Part shown: piece by piece, positions 29,275 through 38,428 of the stretch
How the letters are laid out: each line of letters opens with the position of its first letter
Position numbering within the stretch: the stretch's first letter is position 1
Source: an uncultured Thermoplasmata archaeon
Lineage (GTDB): Archaea > Thermoplasmatota > Thermoplasmata > Halarchaeoplasmatales > Halarchaeoplasmataceae
NCBI GenBank assembly: GCA_964602715.1
Contig: CAZRSB010000004.1
Coordinates: forward strand, 1,109-65,108
Direction: 5' to 3'
DNA length: 64,000 bases
Notes under the pieces: model-generated
Told to the model about the DNA's origin: nothing
Seen by the model: only the letters and a program-made list of their open reading frames with translations
Databases searched by the model: none
Program-made: the position numbers and the translations under genes

Positions 29275-29781
29275 CTATTTATCTACCAATTCGTCCGCAG
29301 TTATCAGTGGAACAAGTTCTACACCTAGCTCTTTTAACTTTTCTTGAGCGCCCTCTTTTCTATCCACTACTACCAAGACTTTGTTTACCTTTGCCCCTGC
29401 TTCTCTCAACACTTCAACGGTTTCTACAGACGAGCCACCAGTTGTGGTAACGTCTTCAACAACTGTAACTATTTGGCCTTCTTCCAGTTTTCCTTCGATC
29501 CTTCCTCCTGTACCGTGACCTTTGCTTTTTTTACGTACCATCAGAAAAGGTAAGTCCGTTTCTAACGAGAGGGCTGTAGCGAGAGGAACCGCACCCAATT
29601 CCATACCCGCTATTCTTTTTCCTTCGACGAGAGATGCCATCTCAGTGGCTATCTCTTTTAATACCGCGGGATCAGTGCTAGCCAATTTGATATCCACGTA
29701 ATAACTACTCTTTTTTCCTGAAGTGAGTGTGAACTCACCATACTTTATCGCTCCGCAATCTTCTAACATATTCTTTAACAT
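29275..29781 (-). CDS. pyrE: Orotate phosphoribosyltransferase
   Basis: GEFTLTSGKKSSYYVD, AGMELGAVP, VVEDVTTTGGS PRPP loop. Confidence 0.95.
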   Translation of the reverse strand: MLKNMLEDCGAIKYGEFTLTSGKKSSYYVDIKLASTDPAVLKEIATEMASLVEGKRIAGMELGAVPLATALSLETDLPFLMVRKKSKGHGTGGRIEGKLEEGQIVTVVEDVTTTGGSSVETVEVLREAGAKVNKVLVVVDRKEGAQEKLKELGVELVPLITADELVDK

Positions 29782-29785
29782 CTTT

Positions 29786-30328
29786 TCACCAAGGTTCTTT
29801 TTTTAATCCTAGTTTGTAACCAATTATATTAACCCCTCGGTGTAGGAGGGGTAATACGAGCATTATAATGATAGTCCCTAAAATACCTGGAAAGTCAAAA
29901 TAGGTATCAGCGAACCATCCACGACTTACGATAAAAGTTAGTATGAAAGCTCCAACGACAAAATCGTATTGGTCGATAATAGGGGATTTTGCTCCTCTTT
30001 TTTTACCTATCCTTCTCTTGATGAAACTACCTCCTATGTCACCTAACAAGGCTCCAAAGGACAGAGAGAGTATAGGAATCAAGCCCATTGGTAGGGCTGG
30101 ATATAATGAAATAAAAGGTCTTAAAAGGAGATAAAGTACCATGCCTACCATGGCGGCGGAAAAGCCTCCACCGAAGAGCCCTCTCCACGTTTTACCATCA
30201 CCGAGGATTCTTTTTCCTTTCAGTTTTTTACCGCCATCTATCGGAGGGCCTCCTCCAAAAACTACGGCAAGAGAATTGGCAACCAAAGCTGGTACAAAAG
30301 CCAAAATAGTTATCAATATTTGCAGCAT
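29786..30328 (-). CDS. carS: CDP-2,3-bis-O-geranylgeranyl-sn-glycerol (CDP-archaeol) synthase
   Basis: PALVAN, PIDGG, GDGKTWRG, GDIGGSFIKRR, DQYDF, LHRGVNIIGYKLGLKKEPW. Confidence 0.92.
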   Translation of the reverse strand: MLQILITILAFVPALVANSLAVVFGGGPPIDGGKKLKGKRILGDGKTWRGLFGGGFSAAMVGMVLYLLLRPFISLYPALPMGLIPILSLSFGALLGDIGGSFIKRRIGKKRGAKSPIIDQYDFVVGAFILTFIVSRGWFADTYFDFPGILGTIIIMLVLPLLHRGVNIIGYKLGLKKEPW

Positions 30329-30340
30329 TTTTTCACTTAT

Positions 30341-31132
30341 TCACCTCAAGTCAGTTTCCAGATCTAATACAGTTTCCAGTCTTTCTTTCAACTCTTTTAC
30401 TCCGATCTCCCATAATTTTTCACCTTTTTCCTTATCAGCCTCCGTCGCATCACCGATAATTCCTGTAGGGCTAATCTCATATACTTTCCAAGTATAATCC
30501 AATCTAGTTTTGTTGTCAAACTCCACCTTTGTATCTGGAAAATCATGTTCTTTATCGGGGATAGTTCTTTCGTCTACTAAATCGTTTCTTAAAGCTAAAG
30601 ATAAAGATGTCTCAACCTCTCCAGCGTGAGCATCATTATCGCATTTTATAATTTTCTCCCCTACGTGTTCCATACTTTCCATAGAATCATAATAAACGAT
30701 CATCCCTGTCTCTTTTTTTAATTCTCTAGCAGCATTTTCTATGGGTGCCAGACTTTCAATGTGTCCACTATAAATGTACAGACTTCGAAAACCGTGTTGG
30801 ATTATCGAACGTCCTATATCAATGATAATCTCTTCAAGTATGTTGGAACTCAAAGTTACGGTCCCCGGAAAGGTCATGTGACGTTCGCTCACACCATAGG
30901 GGATTGTGGGTAAGATAGGAGGTTTTTCTGAATCAAGCTTTTTAACTGCTTCTTTCACCATATGTTTTGCTATAAAACTATCTGTATCAAGAGGGAGATG
31001 AGGACCATGCTGCTCTAAACTTCCGATAGGTAATATCGCTAAATCCACCAACTCAGAGCGCTGTTCTAACTCCCAACGATTCATTTTAGACCATTCAATT
31101 TTCTCGTTCATATACTCCTTATTCCTTACCAT
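30341..31132 (-). CDS. Creatininase/amidohydrolase family protein
   Basis: LPIGSLEQHGPHLPLDTD, YGVSERHMTFPGT, HAGEVETS, TGIIGD, GEKL. Confidence 0.85.
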   Translation of the reverse strand: MVRNKEYMNEKIEWSKMNRWELEQRSELVDLAILPIGSLEQHGPHLPLDTDSFIAKHMVKEAVKKLDSEKPPILPTIPYGVSERHMTFPGTVTLSSNILEEIIIDIGRSIIQHGFRSLYIYSGHIESLAPIENAARELKKETGMIVYYDSMESMEHVGEKIIKCDNDAHAGEVETSLSLALRNDLVDERTIPDKEHDFPDTKVEFDNKTRLDYTWKVYEISPTGIIGDATEADKEKGEKLWEIGVKELKERLETVLDLETDLR

Positions 31133-31200
31133 TTTTTATTTTTTTGCCCCACCATCGCATCGAGGAAAATATTTTATTTTATATTCTCAATCTGTGAAAT

Positions 31201-31440
31201 ATGGAAAGTGTAAGGGACATATTGAATGAAATTAAATGGAGATTCAATAAATCTCTAAAAGATACTGAGATATATTATATACATCGTGGTGCTCCAGGAG
31301 ATTTTAAAACAATCAAAGGTGATGAAATATCAGATCTCGGTAGATCATTCATCACATGTGGGGAGGGTCATATACCTTACCATCGTGTATTCAAGATAGA
31401 ATATGAGGAGGAAGTGATATTCGAAAGAGAAAAAAGATAG
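31201..31440 (+). CDS. DUF504/MJ1316-like RNA-repair-associated domain protein
   Basis: RDILNEIKW, IYYIHRGAPG, HIPYHRVFKI. Confidence 0.85.
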   Translation: MESVRDILNEIKWRFNKSLKDTEIYYIHRGAPGDFKTIKGDEISDLGRSFITCGEGHIPYHRVFKIEYEEEVIFEREKR

Positions 31441-31446
31441 AGGTTT

Positions 31447-32085
31447 TTACTCTAATTTCTTTTCTAGATCTTCTATCTTTTCTCTTAGCCTTTCATTTCT
31501 TATCGAATTTGCTATATCTCCTCTTGTTTTCTCGACTAGATTTCTAGACATATCTTTTTTATTCTTTATAGGAACGATAGCGTTAGGATATTCTAGTTCC
31601 ATCAACATATTTTTTATATCTTCCATTTTAAGATGTAGATCCCTCGCCTTTTCTAAGTTATCGTTAGTCAATTCATCTAAAACCATTCTCCTCAACTCAC
31701 CGACCACATCTGCTAATCCCAATACATAAGAAGCTGAGGTTATATCCAATTCGTCGGGAGATTTGGGCTTTACACCTTCGGATAAGGACCATAATATATG
31801 TGCCTCAGCAAATTCTTGAAAACCGTTTCTGAGAAATCCAGCATAATATAGCTCAGGATGCTCTTCCACTACGCCCTTAATCTTTGATACTTCTTCCATC
31901 GCTTCATGTAATTCCGGTTTGCAGTTGTTACCTCTATGGATGTCTTGTATTATCTTTTTAGAGATCCTCCGAATCGCACGAGATGACTTCATCACAAGTT
32001 CCCTGACTGTATCTTTATCATCCAATTCATCATCGATATCCTCTACTATTTTTTCTAAAGATTCTATTTCACTCATCGCCATCAA
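31447..32085 (-). CDS. Translin/TRAX (C3PO) family protein
   Basis: RELVMKSSRAIRRISKKIIQDIHRG, QEFAEA, YVLGLADVVGELRR, KKDMSRNLVEKT. Confidence 0.88.
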   Translation of the reverse strand: MMAMSEIESLEKIVEDIDDELDDKDTVRELVMKSSRAIRRISKKIIQDIHRGNNCKPELHEAMEEVSKIKGVVEEHPELYYAGFLRNGFQEFAEAHILWSLSEGVKPKSPDELDITSASYVLGLADVVGELRRMVLDELTNDNLEKARDLHLKMEDIKNMLMELEYPNAIVPIKNKKDMSRNLVEKTRGDIANSIRNERLREKIEDLEKKLE

Positions 32086-33413
32086 TCTTCTCCCCTGATC
32101 TTTTTCATATTTTCAATCTTACGTTGAATACTCTCGGATTTACCTATGTCATGTCGCATCTGTATTTTATCGCCTTCTACGTGTCCTAAAGCACGTTCAC
32201 TTACTTTCTCCGCATCTTCAAGTTTCTCAGAATATCCCACTACAGCTAAAGACCTAGAAGTAGTAGTGTATATATTACCATCTTTTTCATCAACAGAAGC
32301 ATAATACAACCGAGCTCCCTCATTAAGAATGGCTTTTTCATTGACTTCAACTTTATTTCCTCCTTTTGGATCCACTCCGTAACCTTCTGGGACCACATAC
32401 TTGCACACACTGCTCTTATTTTCAAAAGAAATATCTAACCCAGATATGTCTTTTTTTGCCATTTTTTCACATATCTCCACATAATCAGATTTCAAAAGTG
32501 GCAAGACATTCATAACTTCGGGATCACCCCATCGACAGTTAAATTCTACTATCTTTGGACCATCTGCTGTGAGCATGAACTGCCCATAAAGCACTCCTTT
32601 GTAGAGGACACCTTCTTTCCTCATCGCTTCTAACGTTTCTTTTATGATCTTAGTGCTCTCATCATATAAATCCTGATCAACGAAGGGTAATAATCCATCT
32701 GATTGGGAATAGGATCCCATACCACCTGTATTAGGTCCCTCATCACCTTCAAATAATCTTTTATGGTCCTGAACGAGAGGCGTAGGAATCACATTTTTAC
32801 CATCAGTAAATACCTGCAAAGTATATTCTTCACCGACCAGTTTGTCTTCTAGCACAACTCTCGGTTTTCCCCAGATATTATCCTCTAATATTTTTTCACA
32901 ATATTCTATGACTTCCCTTTTATTTTGCAAATGTTCACCCATCACTTTCACTCCTTTCCCACCTGTGAGTCCAACGGGTTTAACTGCGAGATCGCCCTCA
33001 TAATGAGTAAGAAAGTCTTCGATATCCTTCATGTTTTCAAAAACTTTGTATTCTACTCTACCAGGCAACTCATATTTTCTTTGAAGATCTCTCATAAATT
33101 CTTTGGAAGTCTCTATCTTAGCAGCTTCTTTATTGGGACTAGCACATTTGATCCCTTTTTCTTCTAAGACATCGACTATGCCCTCTTTGAGGGGTAATTC
33201 AGGTCCGATGACCGCCATATCGATTTCTTTTTCTTTTGCCCATGACGCTATCTTTTCTACCTCAGACCCGCTCTCAAGTAAATATTCTTCAGCTAAACTT
33301 GCTATTCCTGGATTTTTATTACTCATAGCTGCGAATATGTCTGCTCCATCGTCTGATAAAGCTTTAGCTATCGTGTGTTCTCTAGCTCCTCCACCAACAG
33401 TCAATACATTCAT
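32082..33413 (-). CDS. purD: Phosphoribosylamine--glycine ligase
   Basis: VGGGAREH, IGPE, KPVGLTGGKGV, QDHKR, GPNTGGMG, EFNCRWGDPE. Start placed at MNVLTVGG. Confidence 0.95.
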   Translation of the reverse strand: MNVLTVGGGAREHTIAKALSDDGADIFAAMSNKNPGIASLAEEYLLESGSEVEKIASWAKEKEIDMAVIGPELPLKEGIVDVLEEKGIKCASPNKEAAKIETSKEFMRDLQRKYELPGRVEYKVFENMKDIEDFLTHYEGDLAVKPVGLTGGKGVKVMGEHLQNKREVIEYCEKILEDNIWGKPRVVLEDKLVGEEYTLQVFTDGKNVIPTPLVQDHKRLFEGDEGPNTGGMGSYSQSDGLLPFVDQDLYDESTKIIKETLEAMRKEGVLYKGVLYGQFMLTADGPKIVEFNCRWGDPEVMNVLPLLKSDYVEICEKMAKKDISGLDISFENKSSVCKYVVPEGYGVDPKGGNKVEVNEKAILNEGARLYYASVDEKDGNIYTTTSRSLAVVGYSEKLEDAEKVSERALGHVEGDKIQMRHDIGKSESIQRKIENMKKIRGED

Positions 33414-33471
33414 GCTATCGCCGCCTATAATAAACTCATAGAATATAAGGTTTAGTTTTCGTAAATTCAGC

Positions 33472-34080
33472 TTAGTCAATATATTCTTCTTTTGTCTTTT
33501 TTACCCTGACACAATCTTTTCCTACATCGATCACTTCGTCAGCTTCTATGTATATATTTTCTTTATTCATTTCTATCCTCGCAGCCAACTCTTCTTCATC
33601 AAAAGTGGTAGGAAGTGTAACACTCATATCTTCGAAGGAGAGCATAGGAACGGCAAAAGAGTCCAGATCTCGCTCTTCTTTATCTTTAGTACGAATAACC
33701 TTGGTTTCAACTCTGATATATTCTAAACTGCCGTCTTTGTTTTTTCCGGCTTCCGTTACTTTGCCTACATTTTCTCCTTCTATATCGATCACTTTAAACC
33801 CGACTAGATTTTTAGCTGGACTGATCCACAAATAAATTGCTTTAGAAGTGATCTTTTCTATGTACTTCAAGTTGATCCTCATATACTCCCCAAACAGACC
33901 TTTATGTATTATCAGTCTAGTGGGATTCAATGTACTTTTATTTATTTCAACATCATCTACATGTCCAAAGGGTTCACCATCAGAATCGTAAACCTTCATT
34001 CCTTTTATTTCATTGAATGTAGTTCGTCCTTCTGAAGAAGCTTTCAATTTATCATCCTGATTATTATTTCCCATGCCCAT
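33472..34080 (-). CDS. Tandem PRC-barrel domain protein
   Basis: Two repeats: IKGMKVYDSDGEPFGHVDDVEI and LVGFKVIDIEGENVGKV; ends VIDVGKDCVRV. Confidence 0.8.
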   Translation of the reverse strand: MGMGNNNQDDKLKASSEGRTTFNEIKGMKVYDSDGEPFGHVDDVEINKSTLNPTRLIIHKGLFGEYMRINLKYIEKITSKAIYLWISPAKNLVGFKVIDIEGENVGKVTEAGKNKDGSLEYIRVETKVIRTKDKEERDLDSFAVPMLSFEDMSVTLPTTFDEEELAARIEMNKENIYIEADEVIDVGKDCVRVKKTKEEYID

Positions 34081-34391
34081 CGTTTACAGTTATTACAAAA
34101 GAATTAAATTAGTTTTCCCCCTAATTCCAAATGATCACAAACTATCGATAAAACTATGATTCCTAGCTCCTATTATGCTTAATATAATACTTTTTATGGT
34201 TGAATATCTGAATTTTTAAATTAAAGAATTGAATGATATCAGCAATCAAATTCCCGATATCTTAGGAAAAGTCCACTTTACAAAATGAAAGTTACGAGCT
34301 CCATTATTATTTAGTGAAAGAAACAAAAAGGTAAACCTTGCTGAGATGTAAGGGAAATTAATTTAATATAGTAGTATAGTATGTAACTAGG

Positions 34392-37300
34392 ATGAATATG
34401 GATAAAGACAGTCACTTGAAACCTCAAGCACTCGAAAAAGAGATACTCTCGTTTTGGAATTCTAAAAATATAGACGAGGAATTGAGTGAGTATATTAGAG
34501 GAGGAAAAAACCATTATCTAGTCCGGCCTCCCAGTTCCATTCGAGATCAACTTACTTGGAAAGACATATATAAAAATATAATTTACGACGTCTGGGCACG
34601 GTATTGGTGTCTCAAAAACTATAACGTAAGGAATGGTTTTGGATTTGATCCTTCTACGCTTAGGATCGAGCGGATGTCTATAAAATCTGAAAGATCGAGA
34701 TGTCTTTCTTATCTTTCGAAGAAAGAACTCTCTGAGTTAGAAGAAAAAATAAAATCTAATTCTGAGGAATTATTGGATGAACTTAATGATAAATATAGGA
34801 AAATAGGGCTATGGAAAACGGGAGAATTCGATTATAAAGTCAGTGATGAACTATTTATAGATTCATGTTTTTGGACCTTGAAAAAGCTCGTGGGAGAAGG
34901 AGTGGTCGCCAAGAAAAAAAGACCCATCAAATGGTGCCCAAATTGTAAGGCTCCTATCACAAAGTCAGAGATGTCATTGGAAAGAGAGGTAAAACAGAGT
35001 TTATTAGTAAAGGTACCACTATCTAGCGGTAAAGATCGATACTTTTTAACAGAGGTAAAGGATTTATGGAAAATACCCGCGAGTACCTCGTTGATGGTCG
35101 ATACGGATGAGGAATACTTTATCTTAAAATATGACAAAGGAGAAGAAGAGGACGTAGAACAATTAGTGCTTATCAAAGATAGAGCCGAAGAGCTGATGGA
35201 AAAATATGGTATCGATGACTACTCAATATTGAAGTCTGTTTCGGGGGAAAAATTAGAAGGTCTAGCTTATAGAGACCCTCTTCATGATAAATTATCTGGT
35301 AAGAAGAAAGTGCTGAATGGAGGTAACCGTGTTATTGCTTCAAAAGCCGTACGCGATGGAGGAACAGGACTTGATTTTTTAATTCCGTACGAGAATCGTC
35401 ATTGGGAAATAATCAAAGATAAAAAAATAAAATATTATGACCCATTACTTGAAAACGGATATTTTGAAGGAGGTCCAAAAAATAATGAGTATTCTGGACT
35501 ATCATTTATTCAAGCTGAATCACTTATATTTGATCATCTTTTGAACAAAGGTTTAGTTCTCGAAAAAAAAGAAATTAAGACTGAATCAAAGAGATGTGAG
35601 TCATGTAAGAGCCGCATAATAGATTTTCCGAAAAGAGAGTATTTTATAGATGCAGAAAACATGGATGATAGTATTTTACAAAAAATCAAGACTCATTCCA
35701 GCGGAATTTCTCTAGAGGACGATATTGAGTTTAAGGACTTTTTAATATCTAGAAGGTCACATTGGGGTATACCATTTCCTGCCTGGGAGTGCGAATGTGG
35801 AAATCGCTTTTTTCCAGAAAATATAGAAGAGCTAATTGAAAGATCAAACATGGATGATGTTGAAAGTTCGAGCTATAGTGATTTCACAAATATGAAAGTG
35901 TATTGCCCAATGTGCGAAAAAGAAATGGAATGGGAAAAAAGATCATTTACCCCTACATTTTTAGAAGGGTGCTCTCCCTGGGCACAGCTGGGTTATCCTC
36001 AAGAAGAAAAAGAGTATCAAACCTGGTGGCCAGGAAAATTATTTTATGATTATAACTTAGAAAAAGACGATTTATCATCATTGAATATGGTGATCTCAGG
36101 TATAATTTTCGATGAAACTACCATCGAATATCAATTCGATCTCGGACCCATGATCGAGGAAATAGAATATGGCCGAGTTAAAGATCTAGTTGCAAAACAA
36201 GGTTATGATTCTATGAGAGTAAATTTACTAGCAAATGATCCTCCATCAGAACCAATGTATATCGAAGGCAAAGACTTTCAACATATTGAACCTCTCGTTA
36301 AAGTGAGTCTGAACTTATTAAAATTCTTAAAAGAAAACTTAAACAAAAACGAAAAGACACAAGAAGATCTTGAATCTTACAATCTAGCTAACCTGAAATC
36401 AGTTGAAGACCTATGGATACTCTCTAAAACAGAGCGGTTAAAAGGAGAGATCAAAAAGGACTATGAAAAAGGAAGATTCGATAAAGTTATCAAAAATTTA
36501 AAAGAACTGATCGTTGAGGATTTTGGTCAATGGTACGTTAAATTGGCTAGAGATCGACTCCAAGATGAAGACGTCTTACCTATATTATCACTGACGAATC
36601 ATATCCTTAAAAATTTCGCCATAATGACTTCACCTATCGCACCTTATTTGGCAGAGAAACTATATAAGGAGCTGGATGGAAAAGAAATTAGTGTTTTCAT
36701 CGAAGATTGGCCAAAATCTAATGAAGATTATCGTGAGGATACACTTGAAAAAGAGATGATATCTGTCAAAGAGATAGTTTCAAAAATAATATCTTCCAAA
36801 AGAGAATCAGAACTACCTATAAAATGGCCTCTAAAAGAAGTTGTTTATGAAGCTAAAACCTCTAAAGGTGAAAAATTAATAGAAAGATTCGAAAGAGTGA
36901 TCGAAGAAAAAGCAAAACTAAAAAACATTAGAAAACTAAAAGAAGAAGAAGAATGGGAAGAGGCGATATTAAAAGTAAAACCAGATAGAGAAGAGATCGG
37001 TAAATCATATCCTTCTTGGGAGAGTAAGATAGCAACTATGCTCGAGAATAAGTCTCCAGAATCAGTAAAAGAAGGAATAGAGAATGGAGATTTTACCATA
37101 GGGCTACAAGGACAGATGATTGAGATCGATGAGGACATGGTAACTTTCGAGAAGGAGATGCCAGAAGGATATGCTGAGATCGTTCTTGAAGATCTGAATA
37201 TCTATATTGATCTTAGTATATCCGAAGAGATTTGGCTGGATGAGATGGTAAAGGAGATCAAACTTCGAATTAAAAGCATGAGGAAAGACCTGAATCTGGA

Positions 37301-38396
37301 AGAAGGAGACGAATTAATTATTTATATATCATGTTCTGACGAAATCGAAGAAAGATTGAATGATCAAAAAGATCAAATCAAGAAAGAAGTAGGAGGAAGA
37401 AAAATATTAGTTGTTGTAGATGAAGAAGAGATGGAGGAAGCAAAATACATCCTCGAATGGGAAATAAACGATGAGATCATCCTCATCGGGGTCAAACCTC
37501 TATATAAAACTAAAGTTGTAGAATATTATTCTAATATATCAGGAGTGGATGATGAAACCGCCGAAGCGTTGTATGAGGCAGGTTACACATCTATTGACCA
37601 ATTGAAGAAAGCTGAAGCTTCCCAACTTTCAGATATCGAAGAGATTAAAAGAAGTCTTGCTAGGAAGATAGTGAACTCGTTATCAGATGAAGAACAAGAT
37701 GAACTCGAGGAAAAAGAAGACGAATTGGAAAAAATAAAGGAAGATGCTTCAGAAAAAGCTTCAGAAAAGGGGGAATACAGAGAGGAAGTGAGTGATGAAG
37801 AAAGTGATGTGGAATCAAAAGAAAAAGACGAAGAAAAAAAAGAAACCGTAGAAAAAGAGGATGAAACATCTGAAGAAGATATTGAAGAAGAACACGAAAA
37901 AGACGAAAAAGAGGATATAGACGATACTGAGCTCCCAGAACATATCTCTAAAAGTTCTACATATTTACTAATGGATAAACGATCGAACAGTTCTTTCAAG
38001 CTATTTAGAAAAATAATAGAATCTGGGGAGAGAGGATTTTGTGTCTCGAGAGATTATCCTGATAAAGTTAAAGATGAATATAATCTTCACGATGTTGAGA
38101 TGATATGGTTATCTAATGTCGATAGGGAAGATGTCATAAGACCAAAGAGTTTGGAAAAGCTAAGTTTAGCACTAGAAAATTTTCTGACTAAAACTGGAGG
38201 AGTGATAATGTTGAATGGATTAGAATATCTCATAACTAACAACGACTTTAAAACCGTACTTCATCTCATCCAATCGATAAAAGATCAGGTAGCCATTAAT
38301 GAATCCATTTTATTGATACCTGTAAATCCTTCAGCTATGAACGAAAATCATATCGATCTCATAAGCGGTGAAGTAGATGAGTTAATCGAAAATTAA
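34392..38396 (+). CDS. Degenerate isoleucyl-tRNA synthetase-like protein fused to HhH, acidic linker and DUF835
   Basis: IleRS scaffold (EKEILSFW, WCPNCKAPI, DFLISRRSHWGIP, PWAQLGYP, DLWILS, WYVKLARDR, SVFIEDWP, IKWPL) without HIGH or KMSKS. HhH at about 37523-37685; DUF835 (CVSRDYP, IWLSN, LNGLEYLITNNDF) at about 37929-38393. Confidence 0.85.
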   Translation: MNMDKDSHLKPQALEKEILSFWNSKNIDEELSEYIRGGKNHYLVRPPSSIRDQLTWKDIYKNIIYDVWARYWCLKNYNVRNGFGFDPSTLRIERMSIKSERSRCLSYLSKKELSELEEKIKSNSEELLDELNDKYRKIGLWKTGEFDYKVSDELFIDSCFWTLKKLVGEGVVAKKKRPIKWCPNCKAPITKSEMSLEREVKQSLLVKVPLSSGKDRYFLTEVKDLWKIPASTSLMVDTDEEYFILKYDKGEEEDVEQLVLIKDRAEELMEKYGIDDYSILKSVSGEKLEGLAYRDPLHDKLSGKKKVLNGGNRVIASKAVRDGGTGLDFLIPYENRHWEIIKDKKIKYYDPLLENGYFEGGPKNNEYSGLSFIQAESLIFDHLLNKGLVLEKKEIKTESKRCESCKSRIIDFPKREYFIDAENMDDSILQKIKTHSSGISLEDDIEFKDFLISRRSHWGIPFPAWECECGNRFFPENIEELIERSNMDDVESSSYSDFTNMKVYCPMCEKEMEWEKRSFTPTFLEGCSPWAQLGYPQEEKEYQTWWPGKLFYDYNLEKDDLSSLNMVISGIIFDETTIEYQFDLGPMIEEIEYGRVKDLVAKQGYDSMRVNLLANDPPSEPMYIEGKDFQHIEPLVKVSLNLLKFLKENLNKNEKTQEDLESYNLANLKSVEDLWILSKTERLKGEIKKDYEKGRFDKVIKNLKELIVEDFGQWYVKLARDRLQDEDVLPILSLTNHILKNFAIMTSPIAPYLAEKLYKELDGKEISVFIEDWPKSNEDYREDTLEKEMISVKEIVSKIISSKRESELPIKWPLKEVVYEAKTSKGEKLIERFERVIEEKAKLKNIRKLKEEEEWEEAILKVKPDREEIGKSYPSWESKIATMLENKSPESVKEGIENGDFTIGLQGQMIEIDEDMVTFEKEMPEGYAEIVLEDLNIYIDLSISEEIWLDEMVKEIKLRIKSMRKDLNLEEGDELIIYISCSDEIEERLNDQKDQIKKEVGGRKILVVVDEEEMEEAKYILEWEINDEIILIGVKPLYKTKVVEYYSNISGVDDETAEALYEAGYTSIDQLKKAEASQLSDIEEIKRSLARKIVNSLSDEEQDELEEKEDELEKIKEDASEKASEKGEYREEVSDEESDVESKEKDEEKKETVEKEDETSEEDIEEEHEKDEKEDIDDTELPEHISKSSTYLLMDKRSNSSFKLFRKIIESGERGFCVSRDYPDKVKDEYNLHDVEMIWLSNVDREDVIRPKSLEKLSLALENFLTKTGGVIMLNGLEYLITNNDFKTVLHLIQSIKDQVAINESILLIPVNPSAMNENHIDLISGEVDELIEN

Positions 38397-38428
38397 GATT
38401 ACTTGTATTCAACTTTGGAGGTTTATTT

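Noticed and set aside
25490-29275. Search for att sites, terminal inverted repeats, integrase or transposase around the GC-rich cassette
   Set aside because: None found by eye, so it is not called a mobile element.
29088-29450. 120-aa plus-strand ORF spanning the cassette boundary
   Set aside because: Overlaps pyrE antisense, has low-complexity Leu/Phe content, and shows no RBS or homology.
32082-33479. ORF-track start of purD (MTKLNLRK...) overlapping the PRC-barrel gene
   Set aside because: PurD homology begins at MNVLTVGG (33413), which has its own RBS-like sequence. Several other track starts (MarR, htpX, tldD, MtaB-like, permeases) were similarly shortened.
37583-37999. Ser-rich 138-aa minus-strand ORF
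   Set aside because: Antisense read of the Glu/Asp-rich linker (GAA/GAT codons give TTC/TCx); a compositional artefact.
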